DNA from: Calditrichales bacterium | GTDB taxonomy: Bacteria > Calditrichota > Calditrichia > Calditrichales > J004 | Direction: 5' to 3' | Assembly: GCA_965267575.1 (NCBI GenBank) | Contig: OZ254086.1 | Span: forward strand, 2,528,001-2,592,000 | DNA: 64,000 nt | In this document: one piece after another, positions 51,973 through 61,144 of the stretch | Numbering within the stretch: the stretch's first letter is position 1 | Layout of the letters: every line of letters begins with the position of its first letter | Notes under the pieces: model-generated | What the model was told of the DNA's origin: nothing | What the model saw: only the letters and a program-made list of their open reading frames with translations | The model's database searches: none | Made by a program: the position numbers and the translations under genes

Positions 51973-53178
51973 TTACGTCGTGTACTCCGCGTTGATGCGT
52001 ACATAGTCATAGCTTAAATCGCTGCCCCAGCCGACGGCTTTGCCTTCGCCCATGTTTAAATCAAGGATGACCTGTATCCGCGGCGCGGCCATATATTTTT
52101 TTAGCTGCGCGCGATTGTGATTTACCGGCTGGCTGTCCTTGAGGATCTGCAAAGGGTTTTCCAGCCCGAAGTAAAGATCGATGCTGTCCGGGTTGATATC
52201 CACGCCGGACCTGCCGGCGGCGGCGATGATGCGGCCCCAGTTGGGATCGCGCCCGAACATGGCCGTTTTCACCAGGCTGGAGTCTGAAATAGTGCGCACG
52301 ATCTGACGTGCCTGCGCATCGGACTGGGCGTTTACGACATGGTATTCGATAAACTTGGTGGCGCCCTCACCGTCGGAAACAATCAGCTTGGCCAGGTGCG
52401 CGCACATATTCTCCAGATGCTGACGGAACTTTTCGTAAGCGGCGTTTTCCTCCTTAATGCGTTTGTTTTGGGCCAGTCCGTTGCACATGATAGCCACCAT
52501 ATCGTTGGTGCTGGTATCGCCATCCACTGTAATCATGTTGAAGGTTTTATCGACGCATTCGCTCAGTGCCTTTTGCAGCAGCTTTGGTTCGATGCTAATG
52601 TCGCAGACAATGTAGGCCAGCATCGTGGCCATGTTGGGATGGATCATGCCGGAGCCTTTAGCGATACCGGCCATGTTTATTGTCTTATCATCCAGCTTAA
52701 AATTTTGAAAACCCTCTTTGGCGAACGTGTCCGTCGTCAGAATTGCGTTGGCAGCCAGCGAACCGGCCAGCGCACGGGAGGTCAGCTTTTTGCTGCTGCC
52801 ATGGATTCCCTTAACCACTTTCTCCGTAGGAAACGGCTCGCCGATTAGCCCGGTTGAAGCGATAAGAATATGCCCGGCTGGAATTTCCAGCGCCTGCGAA
52901 GCCGCTTCCAGCATCGCTTCTGCGCCCCGGCGTCCCTGCTCTCCGGTGCAGGCGTTGGCATTGCCGGAGTTTATTACGAACGCCTGCAAACAGCCATCTG
53001 CCACATTGCGCCGGCTTATCTTCAGCGGCTCGGCCACCACGCGGTTTACGGTAAACACAGCCGCTGCCGAAGCGGGTACTTCCGATTTTATCAGCGCCAG
53101 GTCGCGGCGGTTGGCCTTTATGCCGATGTGCGCGCCCCAGCAGGTTATACCGCGCACATGCGTAAGATTTTTAACCAT
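51973..53178 (-). CDS. argJ: Bifunctional ornithine acetyltransferase
   Basis: NSGNANACTG, AKGSGMIHPNMATML, VDGDTSTND, DGEGATK, DPNWGR, YVRINAEYTT. Confidence 0.97.
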   Translation of the reverse strand: MVKNLTHVRGITCWGAHIGIKANRRDLALIKSEVPASAAAVFTVNRVVAEPLKISRRNVADGCLQAFVINSGNANACTGEQGRRGAEAMLEAASQALEIPAGHILIASTGLIGEPFPTEKVVKGIHGSSKKLTSRALAGSLAANAILTTDTFAKEGFQNFKLDDKTINMAGIAKGSGMIHPNMATMLAYIVCDISIEPKLLQKALSECVDKTFNMITVDGDTSTNDMVAIMCNGLAQNKRIKEENAAYEKFRQHLENMCAHLAKLIVSDGEGATKFIEYHVVNAQSDAQARQIVRTISDSSLVKTAMFGRDPNWGRIIAAAGRSGVDINPDSIDLYFGLENPLQILKDSQPVNHNRAQLKKYMAAPRIQVILDLNMGEGKAVGWGSDLSYDYVRINAEYTT

Positions 53179-53191
53179 TCTCTTCTCTCAT

Positions 53192-54253
53192 TTATGGACT
53201 TAACGGAGCCTGTGTCAGACCCGAATTTTCAACCATGTTAAATAGAATATTCATATTCTGGATCGCCTGGCCGGCAGCGCCCTTTACCAGGTTGTCCAAT
53301 ACGCTTATTGTTACGATCGTATCTGTCCTTGTATCATACGTAACGAAAACATCGCAGAAGTTGGAGCCACGCACGTTTTTAACGGCCGGCGGCGCGTCGC
53401 ACACGCGGACAAACTGTTCTTTCCAATAGATTTGCCCGAACAATTCACGCAACTCTTCGGTGGAGGTCTTGCGTGTCGGTTTACAGTAACACGTGGTAAG
53501 AATGCCGCGGTCAATTGGCAGAAGGTGCGGCGTAAACAATACTTCTACCTTGTTTCCGGCTGCCACGGACAGCAGTTGTTCTATTTCCGGCGTATGCCGG
53601 TGACGCAACAGGCCGTAGGCGCTAAAGTTGCCAAACACCGATGGAAAATGTGTGTTGTCCGTGGCTTTTGCCCCGGCCCCGCTCACGCCTGATTTCGAAT
53701 CGATTACGATCTTATTTGTGTCTATCAGATTGCTTTTTAGCAAAGGCCACAAGGCCAGGACAGCCGAAGTGGGGTAGCAGCCGGGATTGGCTATAAGCCT
53801 GGCCCTGCGGATCTCGTCGCGGTTAACTTCCGGCAGGCCGTAGACAGCTTCTTTCAATAGCTTCGGCTGCAGGTGTTTTCTGCCATACCACTCTTCGTAT
53901 ACGGCAACCGACGCAATGCGGAAATCCGCGGAGAGATCGACCACTTTTGTTCCCGAGAGACGCTCGCCGTTAAGCCACTCCATTGAGACGGCGTGCGGCA
54001 ATGCCAGAAATAACAGGTCGATTTCATTCTGCTCCAGCGCTTCCATTGGTTGCAGGATCAGTTCGCAACAGCCGCGCAGCTGCGGGTGTATCTCGCTGAT
54101 CTTTTTGCCCGCCTGCGAACGTGACGTGACAACCGCCAGCGAAACATCGGGATGGCCCGTAAGCAATCGCACCAACTCCGAGCCCGTATAACCGTTTGCG
54201 CCCGCAACGGCCACGCGAAAGCTGCGTTTTCTTTGTACATCAGGATAACTCAT
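53192..54253 (-). CDS. argC: N-acetyl-gamma-glutamyl-phosphate reductase
   Basis: GANGYTGSEL, ANPGCYPT, SGVSGAG, HRHTPEI, DNLVKGAAGQA. Confidence 0.97.
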   Translation of the reverse strand: MSYPDVQRKRSFRVAVAGANGYTGSELVRLLTGHPDVSLAVVTSRSQAGKKISEIHPQLRGCCELILQPMEALEQNEIDLLFLALPHAVSMEWLNGERLSGTKVVDLSADFRIASVAVYEEWYGRKHLQPKLLKEAVYGLPEVNRDEIRRARLIANPGCYPTSAVLALWPLLKSNLIDTNKIVIDSKSGVSGAGAKATDNTHFPSVFGNFSAYGLLRHRHTPEIEQLLSVAAGNKVEVLFTPHLLPIDRGILTTCYCKPTRKTSTEELRELFGQIYWKEQFVRVCDAPPAVKNVRGSNFCDVFVTYDTRTDTIVTISVLDNLVKGAAGQAIQNMNILFNMVENSGLTQAPLSP

Positions 54254-55035
54254 AGATTACCTTTAATCAGGGTTCCCACGTTTTCGCCGGCCGCGGCGCG
54301 GATGACCACGTCTTTTGCCTCCGCCGAGGCAATAACCACGCGTGCTACGCCATGCTGCAGAGCTGTCAGACAGGCCTCTACCTTGGGCATCATGCCGCTT
54401 TGTATCCAGGCCGGTTTTGCCGCAAGCTCCGCGGCGTCAATCTCCTTGATATGAGACCGGGGGTCAGCCATGTCGCGATAAATTCCGTTTACGTTTGTCA
54501 GCAGCAAAAAGGTTTCCGTCTTTAGTGCAGCGGCCACGTGCGCGGCAAACAGGTCGGCATTGACATTATAGCTTTCCTCATCGGGTCCTAAAGCCACTGG
54601 CGCAACGACCGGCAGAAAGCCGTTATTTTCAAGCAGGCGCAGCAATTTTATATCAACCTTTTCAATATCACCGACAAATCCGAGATCATTTTCTGCATTG
54701 GCCGGGCGGCGCTTTTGTACGCGCACCATGGCGCCGTCTTTGCCGCTTAGCCCCACCGCGTTGAGACCGTGGCGTTGCAACAGGTTGACAAGCTGACCGT
54801 TAACCTCACCGTTCAGCGCCATTTCCACATAACGCATCGCGTTGGCGTCGGTTTGCCTGTGGCCGTCGATAAAGCGGCTTTCAACGCGTGCTGTTTCCAG
54901 AAGCTTTTGAATGGACGGGCCGCCACCATGCACCATGGTAATGTGAATCTTTTGTTTATGCAGCGATGCAATTTGCCGGATAACCGTTTCACCCGGGCCC
55001 ATTGCGTTTCCGCCATATTTTATAAGCAGGGACAT
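54250..55035 (-). CDS. argB: Acetylglutamate kinase
   Basis: IKYGGNAM, VHGGGP, NVNAD, SGMMPKV. Confidence 0.95.
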   Translation of the reverse strand: MSLLIKYGGNAMGPGETVIRQIASLHKQKIHITMVHGGGPSIQKLLETARVESRFIDGHRQTDANAMRYVEMALNGEVNGQLVNLLQRHGLNAVGLSGKDGAMVRVQKRRPANAENDLGFVGDIEKVDIKLLRLLENNGFLPVVAPVALGPDEESYNVNADLFAAHVAAALKTETFLLLTNVNGIYRDMADPRSHIKEIDAAELAAKPAWIQSGMMPKVEACLTALQHGVARVVIASAEAKDVVIRAAAGENVGTLIKGNL

Positions 55036-55115
55036 TTTAATCTTTATTGTTTTGGATTGGGAGCGAAATTAGGCGCTGATACGCTTTTATTCAAATTCAA
55101 ATAGACCAATTCCGT

Positions 55116-55256
55116 GGCTGCTTTCAGACACGATAATCGGCTGATATCAGCCAATTGATATTTTCGAAATTGTTTAAGCGTCACCGCAAATTCTCTGTTA
55201 TTTTTAGTTAAGTTCAATAAAAACAACATTGTGAAAAAAGTGGCATATTTGTTGTA
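55116..55256 (+). promoter_or_regulatory. Unit A: tandem enhancer palindromes, AT box and sigma54 -24/-12 promoter
   Basis: GGCTGCTTTCAGAC (55116), GGCTGATATCAGCC (55139), CAATAAAAACAAC, TGGCAT-ATTTG-TTGT (55241). Confidence 0.8.
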
Positions 55257-55294
55257 GTTATATCCGGCAAAAGCACAACTTCAAGGAGGAAGCC

Positions 55295-55894
55295 ATGATT
55301 AGATTTTTAACTTTTGTAACGGTCACCGCGAGCTTACTGTTGCTCAGCTGTGATCAGAATATGCCGGCGCAAAATGACCCGACGCTTTCGGGCCATTCGC
55401 CGCAGTTAACGCAGGATCGAAATATCAAGATCGTGCCTTTTAGCGAATCGTTGCGTAGCAGCGCGCTCAGCAAAGTGGTCACCGTATCTTCATTTGTCTC
55501 TTATGATGAGGGCGGGGAACTGGAGCTCGATTACGATTACGACTTTGAGGTGGACATTAAGTTTGAGGTACCAGTCCATTCAATCAGCGAAGACGCGACA
55601 CTGAAGCTGACCATCGATACGGATAACTTTGTGGGCTCTTTTGACGTGAATTTCCAGCCGCACGGAATCGTATTTGGTATTCCAGCCACCCTAAATATTA
55701 AGGCCAAAAACCTCGACCTCAGCACCATTACAGACCCCACTACAATAAAGGTCTATTATGACAATACAGATACGGGTGAGTGGGAAGAGATGCAATGCGA
55801 TGATATCGTCGTTGATTTACTGCTTGGCAACATTACCGTGATAAACGCCAAAATACCGCACTTTTCCCGGTACGCAATCGGTACGGAATATTAA
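55295..55894 (+). CDS. ZU5-like lipoprotein, tail HFSRYAIGTEY
   Basis: Lipobox LLSC; GGEL, FQPHGIVFGIPATL, YYDN...WEEM, HFS. Confidence 0.85.
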   Translation: MIRFLTFVTVTASLLLLSCDQNMPAQNDPTLSGHSPQLTQDRNIKIVPFSESLRSSALSKVVTVSSFVSYDEGGELELDYDYDFEVDIKFEVPVHSISEDATLKLTIDTDNFVGSFDVNFQPHGIVFGIPATLNIKAKNLDLSTITDPTTIKVYYDNTDTGEWEEMQCDDIVVDLLLGNITVINAKIPHFSRYAIGTEY

Positions 55895-55914
55895 CAGCCA
55901 CCTTAACCAGGAGC

Positions 55915-56604
55915 ATGAAGATGAAAACTCTTATTCGCTTTTTAACCCTGCTGTCATCCGCTCTTTTTCTGCTGGTGGCTTGTGATCAGCACCCCCTTTC
56001 TCCGGATGAAAACAACGATACAAATATGCCAATCGATGGTATTACAAAGAGTGGTAATATAACTTTTCTGCGCTTTAACGCCGATGATACGGTTCTTTCA
56101 AAACCTATCATTGTTACAAAGTTGATCAGCGCGGAAAATGGTGGCGAGCTTATTGCTACCTACAACTGGGGCCGGGAAAACGGCTGCTCCGGAGACGAAA
56201 AATACGCTTCCTTTGCTTTGGAGGGAGGTACGGATGAAATACCCCGCCGTGCCAAGAGCAAAATCTATGTTAGCTTGTATATTCCGCCAGGCGCCCTGGA
56301 TGAAGATACAGAGTTGTCATTGACGTTAAACGCCGGTACCATCGGCGGAGAAGTCGATATGGTGTTCAGTCCCCACGGTACAATCTTTAATACACCGGCC
56401 ATTTTAAATGTAAAAGCGTTGAGACTGGACTTAGGCGGCCTTTGTGAAGAAGAGATAGATATCTACTATGACAACCAGGAAAAAGGCTGCTGGGATACGA
56501 TGGAGAGCAGTTTTGTGAAGGCCAATCTAAAAGGCGGATTTATAATAGTTAAAAACGCTTTGTTGCCTCATTTTTCCCGCTATGCCATGGCCTATGGCTG
56601 GTGA
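55915..56604 (+). CDS. ZU5-like lipoprotein, tail HFSRYAMAYGW
   Basis: Lipobox LVAC; NGGEL, IPPGAL, FSPHGTIFNTPA, HFS. Confidence 0.85.
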   Translation: MKMKTLIRFLTLLSSALFLLVACDQHPLSPDENNDTNMPIDGITKSGNITFLRFNADDTVLSKPIIVTKLISAENGGELIATYNWGRENGCSGDEKYASFALEGGTDEIPRRAKSKIYVSLYIPPGALDEDTELSLTLNAGTIGGEVDMVFSPHGTIFNTPAILNVKALRLDLGGLCEEEIDIYYDNQEKGCWDTMESSFVKANLKGGFIIVKNALLPHFSRYAMAYGW

Positions 56605-56640
56605 TTTTGAATAAAACATAAACTAAACCATGACTTGATA

Positions 56641-56668
56641 AGGCGGTCCGGACGGGCCGCCTTTTTTT
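56641..56668 (+). terminator. Terminator of unit A
   Basis: AGGCGGTCCGGACGGGCCGCCTTTTTTT. Confidence 0.85.
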
Positions 56669-56671
56669 GTT

Positions 56672-56788
56672 GGCCGAAAGCCGCCGGCGGTTGGCTGAAA
56701 GCGGCCATATTAAATTTTGTGCTTTGCATTTATTTGCTCTGTAAAGTCAATAAAAACAGCAGTATAAATCGTTGGCATGGAGGTTGTA
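56672..56788 (+). promoter_or_regulatory. Unit B enhancer pair and sigma54 promoter
   Basis: GGCCGAAAGCCGCC (56672), GGCTGAAAGCGGCC (56693), CAATAAAAACAGC, TGGCAT-GGAGG-TTGT (56773). Confidence 0.8.
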
Positions 56789-56839
56789 ATTAAATAAGCC
56801 AGTCATGAACATTAACAAACCCAATTCAAGGAGCAAATC

Positions 56840-57370
56840 ATGCTAAAACGGTTTACAACTCTTATTATCGCCGGCGCTTTTATTTTAATGGCCTGCGAAC
56901 AGAATATGCCCAACCAGGCTGCTGACCGGCCGGATTACCTTTTAGATGTGGCAACAACAGATTCGAAGATTTCTGTATACCCCATGTTTGGAAGCTATGA
57001 ATTGAAATATGCGGGCCAGGGATATAATGGCGGAAAACTTAAGCTTCAGGACGGATCCAGTTTTATTATGGAAAACAATTCAATCACGCCGCCGGTTGAT
57101 GTGTTATGGGGGGAGAATTTTACCATAACCTGGCTTCTGGAAAAGGTGAACGGCGAACTGATTTTTACATTTGGCCCACATGGTACAAAATTTTCTCCCC
57201 CTGCTACTGTCTGGCTGGATTTTTCTGCACTCGGTACGGACAATGTTTCGCTGTGGTATATCAAAGATGACGGCAGCCGCGTTCAGCAAAAGCCCATTGA
57301 TGTACAAGGCAATAAGCTGTTGATCTATATTGATCACTTTTCCCGCTACGCAATCGGAACGGAGTATTAA
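56840..57370 (+). CDS. ZU5-like lipoprotein, tail HFSRYAIGTEY
   Basis: Lipobox LMAC; GGKL, FGPHGTKFSPPA, HFS. Confidence 0.85.
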   Translation: MLKRFTTLIIAGAFILMACEQNMPNQAADRPDYLLDVATTDSKISVYPMFGSYELKYAGQGYNGGKLKLQDGSSFIMENNSITPPVDVLWGENFTITWLLEKVNGELIFTFGPHGTKFSPPATVWLDFSALGTDNVSLWYIKDDGSRVQQKPIDVQGNKLLIYIDHFSRYAIGTEY

Positions 57371-57397
57371 TAAGAATTAAACAAAAAGCTTTTAATA

Positions 57398-58360
57398 ATG
57401 AGGCCCATCATGAAAAAACTAATCACCCTAATAAGCAGCCTGGTTTTCGGCTTCGGCTTTATCGCCTGCGAGCAGAATATTACCGCCCCGCAATCCCAGC
57501 CGGAGTTGGAAACGACCACCTACAGCGCTGACGTAAACGAATTTGATAGCGGCAACGGCGAGCAGATCGTTGTACAAAGAACGGTCACCGACGGATCCGG
57601 TGTTATCCTGCGAATCCGCGACAAAAACATGAACGACGTGGAATTTGATATCCCCGGGCAAGAGCTAGCGGATGGTATGGTTGTCCGCATGATAAAGCGC
57701 AACAAAACCAGCAACCGTATTATGCTTGAACCTGTTAACGCCCAGATAAAACGCGGCTTTAACATTACCATGTGGTACACCCATTCGGCCATGCCAACCA
57801 ATGTATCTGAAAAAGACCTTTCGGTTTTCCAACGTCAGAATAATAACTTCTTTGTCCGCCTGGATAGCCGTGTAAATACAAGAAAGCGCGAAGTATACTC
57901 TACCGGCTATAGTGGTGGTGAATACGTTTTGGGTGCCGTGGACGGTAACGGCAAATTCCACATTGTGGAAGGTGAATTTGGTATCCGTGTAGAAGAAACG
58001 ATCAACCCCAAAAAAGGCGGCGTTATTCGCCTGCCCGGCGGTAGCCAACTTGAAATACCTAAAGGAGCACTGGATAAAAGAACCACGATTGGTATGATCG
58101 CTGAGCGCAAGACCATCCTGGGCAAGGGCGAAGAGGCCAAGGTATTTACTTTTACACCGCATGGTACCGTTTTTAATACGCCCATTAAACTCACTCTGAA
58201 CTGGAAAGAATATGCCGGTGAAGAGATCACCATGTTCTACTACAATGAATCCACAGGCAAATGGGAATTGTACTATGATGGTGTTTGGGATGAGCAGAAC
58301 AAAACCGTAACCCTGGAGATCCCGCACTTCTCGCGCTACGCTATGGCCTATGGATGGTAA
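57398..58360 (+). CDS. Two-domain ZU5-like lipoprotein, tail HFSRYAMAYGW
   Basis: Lipobox FIAC; GGVI, IPKGAL, FTPHGTVFNTPI, HFS; start could be ATG 57410. Confidence 0.85.
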   Translation: MRPIMKKLITLISSLVFGFGFIACEQNITAPQSQPELETTTYSADVNEFDSGNGEQIVVQRTVTDGSGVILRIRDKNMNDVEFDIPGQELADGMVVRMIKRNKTSNRIMLEPVNAQIKRGFNITMWYTHSAMPTNVSEKDLSVFQRQNNNFFVRLDSRVNTRKREVYSTGYSGGEYVLGAVDGNGKFHIVEGEFGIRVEETINPKKGGVIRLPGGSQLEIPKGALDKRTTIGMIAERKTILGKGEEAKVFTFTPHGTVFNTPIKLTLNWKEYAGEEITMFYYNESTGKWELYYDGVWDEQNKTVTLEIPHFSRYAMAYGW

Positions 58361-58426
58361 GGAAAATTACGAATTAGGAATTACGAATTAGACGTAAGAA
58401 TTAAGATTAAAAATAAGGACCAAAGA

Positions 58427-58453
58427 GGCGGTTCATAGCGGGCCGCCTTTTTT
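58427..58453 (+). terminator. Terminator of unit B
   Basis: GGCGGTTCATAGCGGGCCGCCTTTTTT. Confidence 0.8.
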
Positions 58454-58456
58454 ATT

Positions 58457-58571
58457 GGCTGAAAGCAGCCCGCCGGGTGGCTGAATACAGCCAAAAGAAG
58501 TTGGTATTTTTAGTAATCGGTTTATAGAGCCAATAAAAACAACATCTTAGGGTCTTGGCATGACGGTTGCC
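58457..58571 (+). promoter_or_regulatory. Unit C enhancer pair and sigma54 promoter
   Basis: GGCTGAAAGCAGCC (58457), GGCTGAATACAGCC (58479), CAATAAAAACAAC, TGGCAT-GACGG-TTGC (58556). Confidence 0.85.
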
Positions 58572-58612
58572 TTATATATAAGCAAATGGAAAGAATGACC
58601 AAGGAGGATTCA

Positions 58613-59200
58613 ATGAAGTACATTACTACATTAGTGATCAGCTTAGGCTTGTTTATCGGCTGTGAGAACAACCCCGTGGATACGCCAGCTTCCGATAATG
58701 GAGATAGTTACGCCTTAGCCAAGGGTAAAGGTAAAGGCAATACCGGTAGCAAGGATTTTAAAACACCCGACGGCAAAAAAGATGAGTTTAAGTCGTTCCC
58801 CAAGTACGGCGAAGTAGAGCTTGAATATTTTAAAAAGGCGCGTGGCTTTGGTAGCGGAAAAATACAACTTGATGACGGTTCCAAGTTTAAGGTTGATTCC
58901 CTGGCCACAACGGCTCCCAAAGGTCATAAAAAGAACACAAATCTTACGCTCACCATGCTTGTGGAAAAAATTGACGGCGAACTGATATTTACCTTTGGCC
59001 CGCATGGCTGCGAGTTTTCTCCACGCGCCGAAATTGCCCTTGACTATAGCGCATTAGGGGTGAAAGTACCCACACTATACTACATCAGGGATGACGGAAC
59101 CTATGAAGAACAGACCCCGGACCATGTAGATACCAAAGGTCGCAAAATGTACATCAGGGTGGATCACTTCTCACGCTATGCCATGGCATATGGCTGGTAA
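58613..59200 (+). CDS. ZU5-like lipoprotein, tail HFSRYAMAYGW
   Basis: AAGGAGG RBS, ATG 58613; lipobox FIGC; FGPHGCEFSPRA, HFS. Confidence 0.85.
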   Translation: MKYITTLVISLGLFIGCENNPVDTPASDNGDSYALAKGKGKGNTGSKDFKTPDGKKDEFKSFPKYGEVELEYFKKARGFGSGKIQLDDGSKFKVDSLATTAPKGHKKNTNLTLTMLVEKIDGELIFTFGPHGCEFSPRAEIALDYSALGVKVPTLYYIRDDGTYEEQTPDHVDTKGRKMYIRVDHFSRYAMAYGW

Positions 59201-59307
59201 TCGTTACCAGGAACAAGAGGTTTTAAACACGGACAAAAAATGAAACTCATCGCCAGTATTATTTTGAAATTGAGAAAAGGTAAAAAGAATTCGGAAGGAG
59301 AGAAGAA

Positions 59308-59442
59308 TTGAATCGTTTCCGGCTGATAATAATGATGATGTACATATATAAGATCTACTTTGATCTCCATAGTGAGGAACAAAATCATCAACCCGAAAAA
59401 GATTCGTCTAATTCACGCTATAGTATTGGCACTGAGTACTGA
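59308..59442 (+). CDS. 44-aa micro-ORF ending SRYSIGTEY (not in the ORF track)
   Basis: GAAGGAG RBS, TTG start: MNRFRLIIMMMYIYKIYFDLHSEEQNHQPEKDSSNSRYSIGTEY*; lies before the unit C terminator. Confidence 0.75.
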   Translation: MNRFRLIIMMMYIYKIYFDLHSEEQNHQPEKDSSNSRYSIGTEY

Positions 59443-59462
59443 ACATTGCCAACGACCAACAG

Positions 59463-59493
59463 GGCGGCTTCTTATTGGAGTCGCCTTTTTTTT
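59463..59493 (+). terminator. Terminator of unit C
   Basis: GGCGGCTTCTTATTGGAGTCGCCTTTTTTTT. Confidence 0.8.
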
Positions 59494-59599
59494 GGCTTTT
59501 TTCAGCCGCGTTTTGGCTGAATTCGGCCACCCTAAGAAAGCATGGCTTCATTTAAGTATATAAAAAACAACAATCTATGGGGTTGGCATGATGATTGTA
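59494..59599 (+). promoter_or_regulatory. Unit D enhancer pair and sigma54 promoter
   Basis: GGCTTTTTTCAGCC (59494), GGCTGAATTCGGCC (59515), TAAAAAACAAC, TGGCAT-GATGA-TTGT (59584). Confidence 0.8.
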
Positions 59600-59644
59600 T
59601 TATTAAACAGAAAACCAGAAAATAAATCATTCAAGGAGGATATC

Positions 59645-60250
59645 ATGATTAAAGTATTACGTTTTATTTCGATTGCTTTGCTGGCGCTTTTCGTGGCATG
59701 CGAATCCAATTTACCGGTTGAGAATATTGAGCAGCCCCGGCAAGCGGTAAAGGAACCGGCGGATACAAAGACGATCCCCTATGACCAGTTGAAGGTCATG
59801 GATTTTGGCACAAAGGTTCTGGAAAAGACCACAATCGTTTACCAATGGATTTACAAGTCCTTTGGAGGAGAAATTATTAACCAGCATTTTGGTAATGACG
59901 GGCTTTACGTTTATAACAGTCTTTATATCTATCCGCATAGTATCCCGAACAGCATGTGGCTGGGCGTACAGATTAATGATAGCGATTTCCAGGGCGCGGT
60001 TGATGTTCAGTACGGTCCGCACGGATTGGTTTTCTCCCAGCCCGCTGTAATGAACCTGTTTGCCGCCGGGCTCGATCTTAGCAATCTAAACCCGGATAAT
60101 ATTGATATCTATTATGACAATACAGAAGAAGGCTACTGGGAAGAAATGCCCTGTGACGCTGTGATCGTTGATGTGGCCGCCGGTACTATCCAGGTCATAA
60201 ATGCCCGTATCCCGCACTTTTCGCGCTACGCCATTGGTACAGAATACTAA
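59645..60250 (+). CDS. ZU5-like lipoprotein, tail HFSRYAIGTEY
   Basis: AAGGAGG RBS, ATG 59645; lipobox FVAC; GGEI, YGPHGLVFSQPA, HFS. Confidence 0.85.
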   Translation: MIKVLRFISIALLALFVACESNLPVENIEQPRQAVKEPADTKTIPYDQLKVMDFGTKVLEKTTIVYQWIYKSFGGEIINQHFGNDGLYVYNSLYIYPHSIPNSMWLGVQINDSDFQGAVDVQYGPHGLVFSQPAVMNLFAAGLDLSNLNPDNIDIYYDNTEEGYWEEMPCDAVIVDVAAGTIQVINARIPHFSRYAIGTEY

Positions 60251-60282
60251 ACCCGGTTTAAAAGCTGTAACAAGGAAGTAAT

Positions 60283-60417
60283 ATGAACATGGTAAAAGGA
60301 CTCATCATCGGCTGCCTGCTCGCGCTGTCTATCGCCGGCGAATCTGCGCAGGACTATGAGACGAATCCACAACAGCAGCCACAACCGGCCCGCTATTTAA
60401 TGGCCTACGGCTTCTGA
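60283..60417 (+). CDS. 44-aa secreted micro-ORF ending ARYLMAYGF (not in the ORF track)
   Basis: AAGGA RBS; MNMVKGLIIGCLLALSIAGESAQDYETNPQQQPQPARYLMAYGF*. Confidence 0.8.
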   Translation: MNMVKGLIIGCLLALSIAGESAQDYETNPQQQPQPARYLMAYGF

Positions 60418-60458
60418 TGATGATCAGCTTTTATCCCCGCAAACAAGGAGGTTTAAGA

Positions 60459-61079
60459 ATGTTTAAAAAATTTAAGATGCAGGCAACGGTAATAGCTGTT
60501 TTGATTCTTTCAGGCTCATTTATCCTGCAATCATGCGAAACGGCACCACTTCAGCCACAGGCCCAGGAACAGCCGGATCAGCTTTTGAGAGGTACGCTTA
60601 GGACTATCACGGGCCTTGCTACCGGCACCGTGCACTTTTTGATTGAAACAACCCAATACATTACAAAGCGCAAAGGCGGTACGCTGAGCTTGCTTTATGA
60701 TGCAACAAAAGACGCCTATCGCAGCGATTCTATCAAAGTCGCGGTTAATCTTGACGTGCCCGAAAACAGCCTGCCATCCAGCATGACGCTTTCCGTGGCT
60801 ATGAATAAAGACAGCCTGGATAAAATGGTTGATTTGGACTTTGGTCCGGACGGGACGGTTTTTAATAAAACAATATATCTGGATATAACTGCGTCAAAAC
60901 TGAACCTGAGCAGCATTAATCCTGACAGTGTCGGCATTTTCTACTGGAACCCGGACAACGGCAGCTATGAAGCAATTCCTTGTCAGGCTATTAACGTCAA
61001 TTTAACGGACGGAACTGTTGAGGTTATCGACGCTGAGATTAACCACTTTTCCCGCTACGTGATGGCTTACGGCTGGTAG
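60459..61079 (+). CDS. ZU5-like lipoprotein, tail HFSRYVMAYGW
   Basis: AAGGAGG RBS, ATG 60459; lipobox LQSC; GGTL, VPENSL, FGPDGTVFNK, HFS. Confidence 0.85.
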   Translation: MFKKFKMQATVIAVLILSGSFILQSCETAPLQPQAQEQPDQLLRGTLRTITGLATGTVHFLIETTQYITKRKGGTLSLLYDATKDAYRSDSIKVAVNLDVPENSLPSSMTLSVAMNKDSLDKMVDLDFGPDGTVFNKTIYLDITASKLNLSSINPDSVGIFYWNPDNGSYEAIPCQAINVNLTDGTVEVIDAEINHFSRYVMAYGW

Positions 61080-61113
61080 TACAATGTGAGGACCCCAATA
61101 AACCTCCTACAAG

Positions 61114-61144
61114 AAAGCGGACCGGGAACGGTTCGCTTTTTTTT
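61114..61144 (+). terminator. Terminator of unit D
   Basis: AAAGCGGACCGGGAACGGTTCGCTTTTTTTT. Confidence 0.8.

Noticed and set aside
51973..55035. Functional link between argBCJ and the divergent lipoprotein array
   Set aside because: Only adjacency. The shared intergenic motifs recur at internal array units and are oriented toward the array.
59240..59311. 23-aa ORF MKLIASIILKLRKGKKNSEGEKN whose TGA overlaps the TTG of the micropeptide
   Set aside because: No clear RBS or motif. It could couple translation, but there is no independent support.
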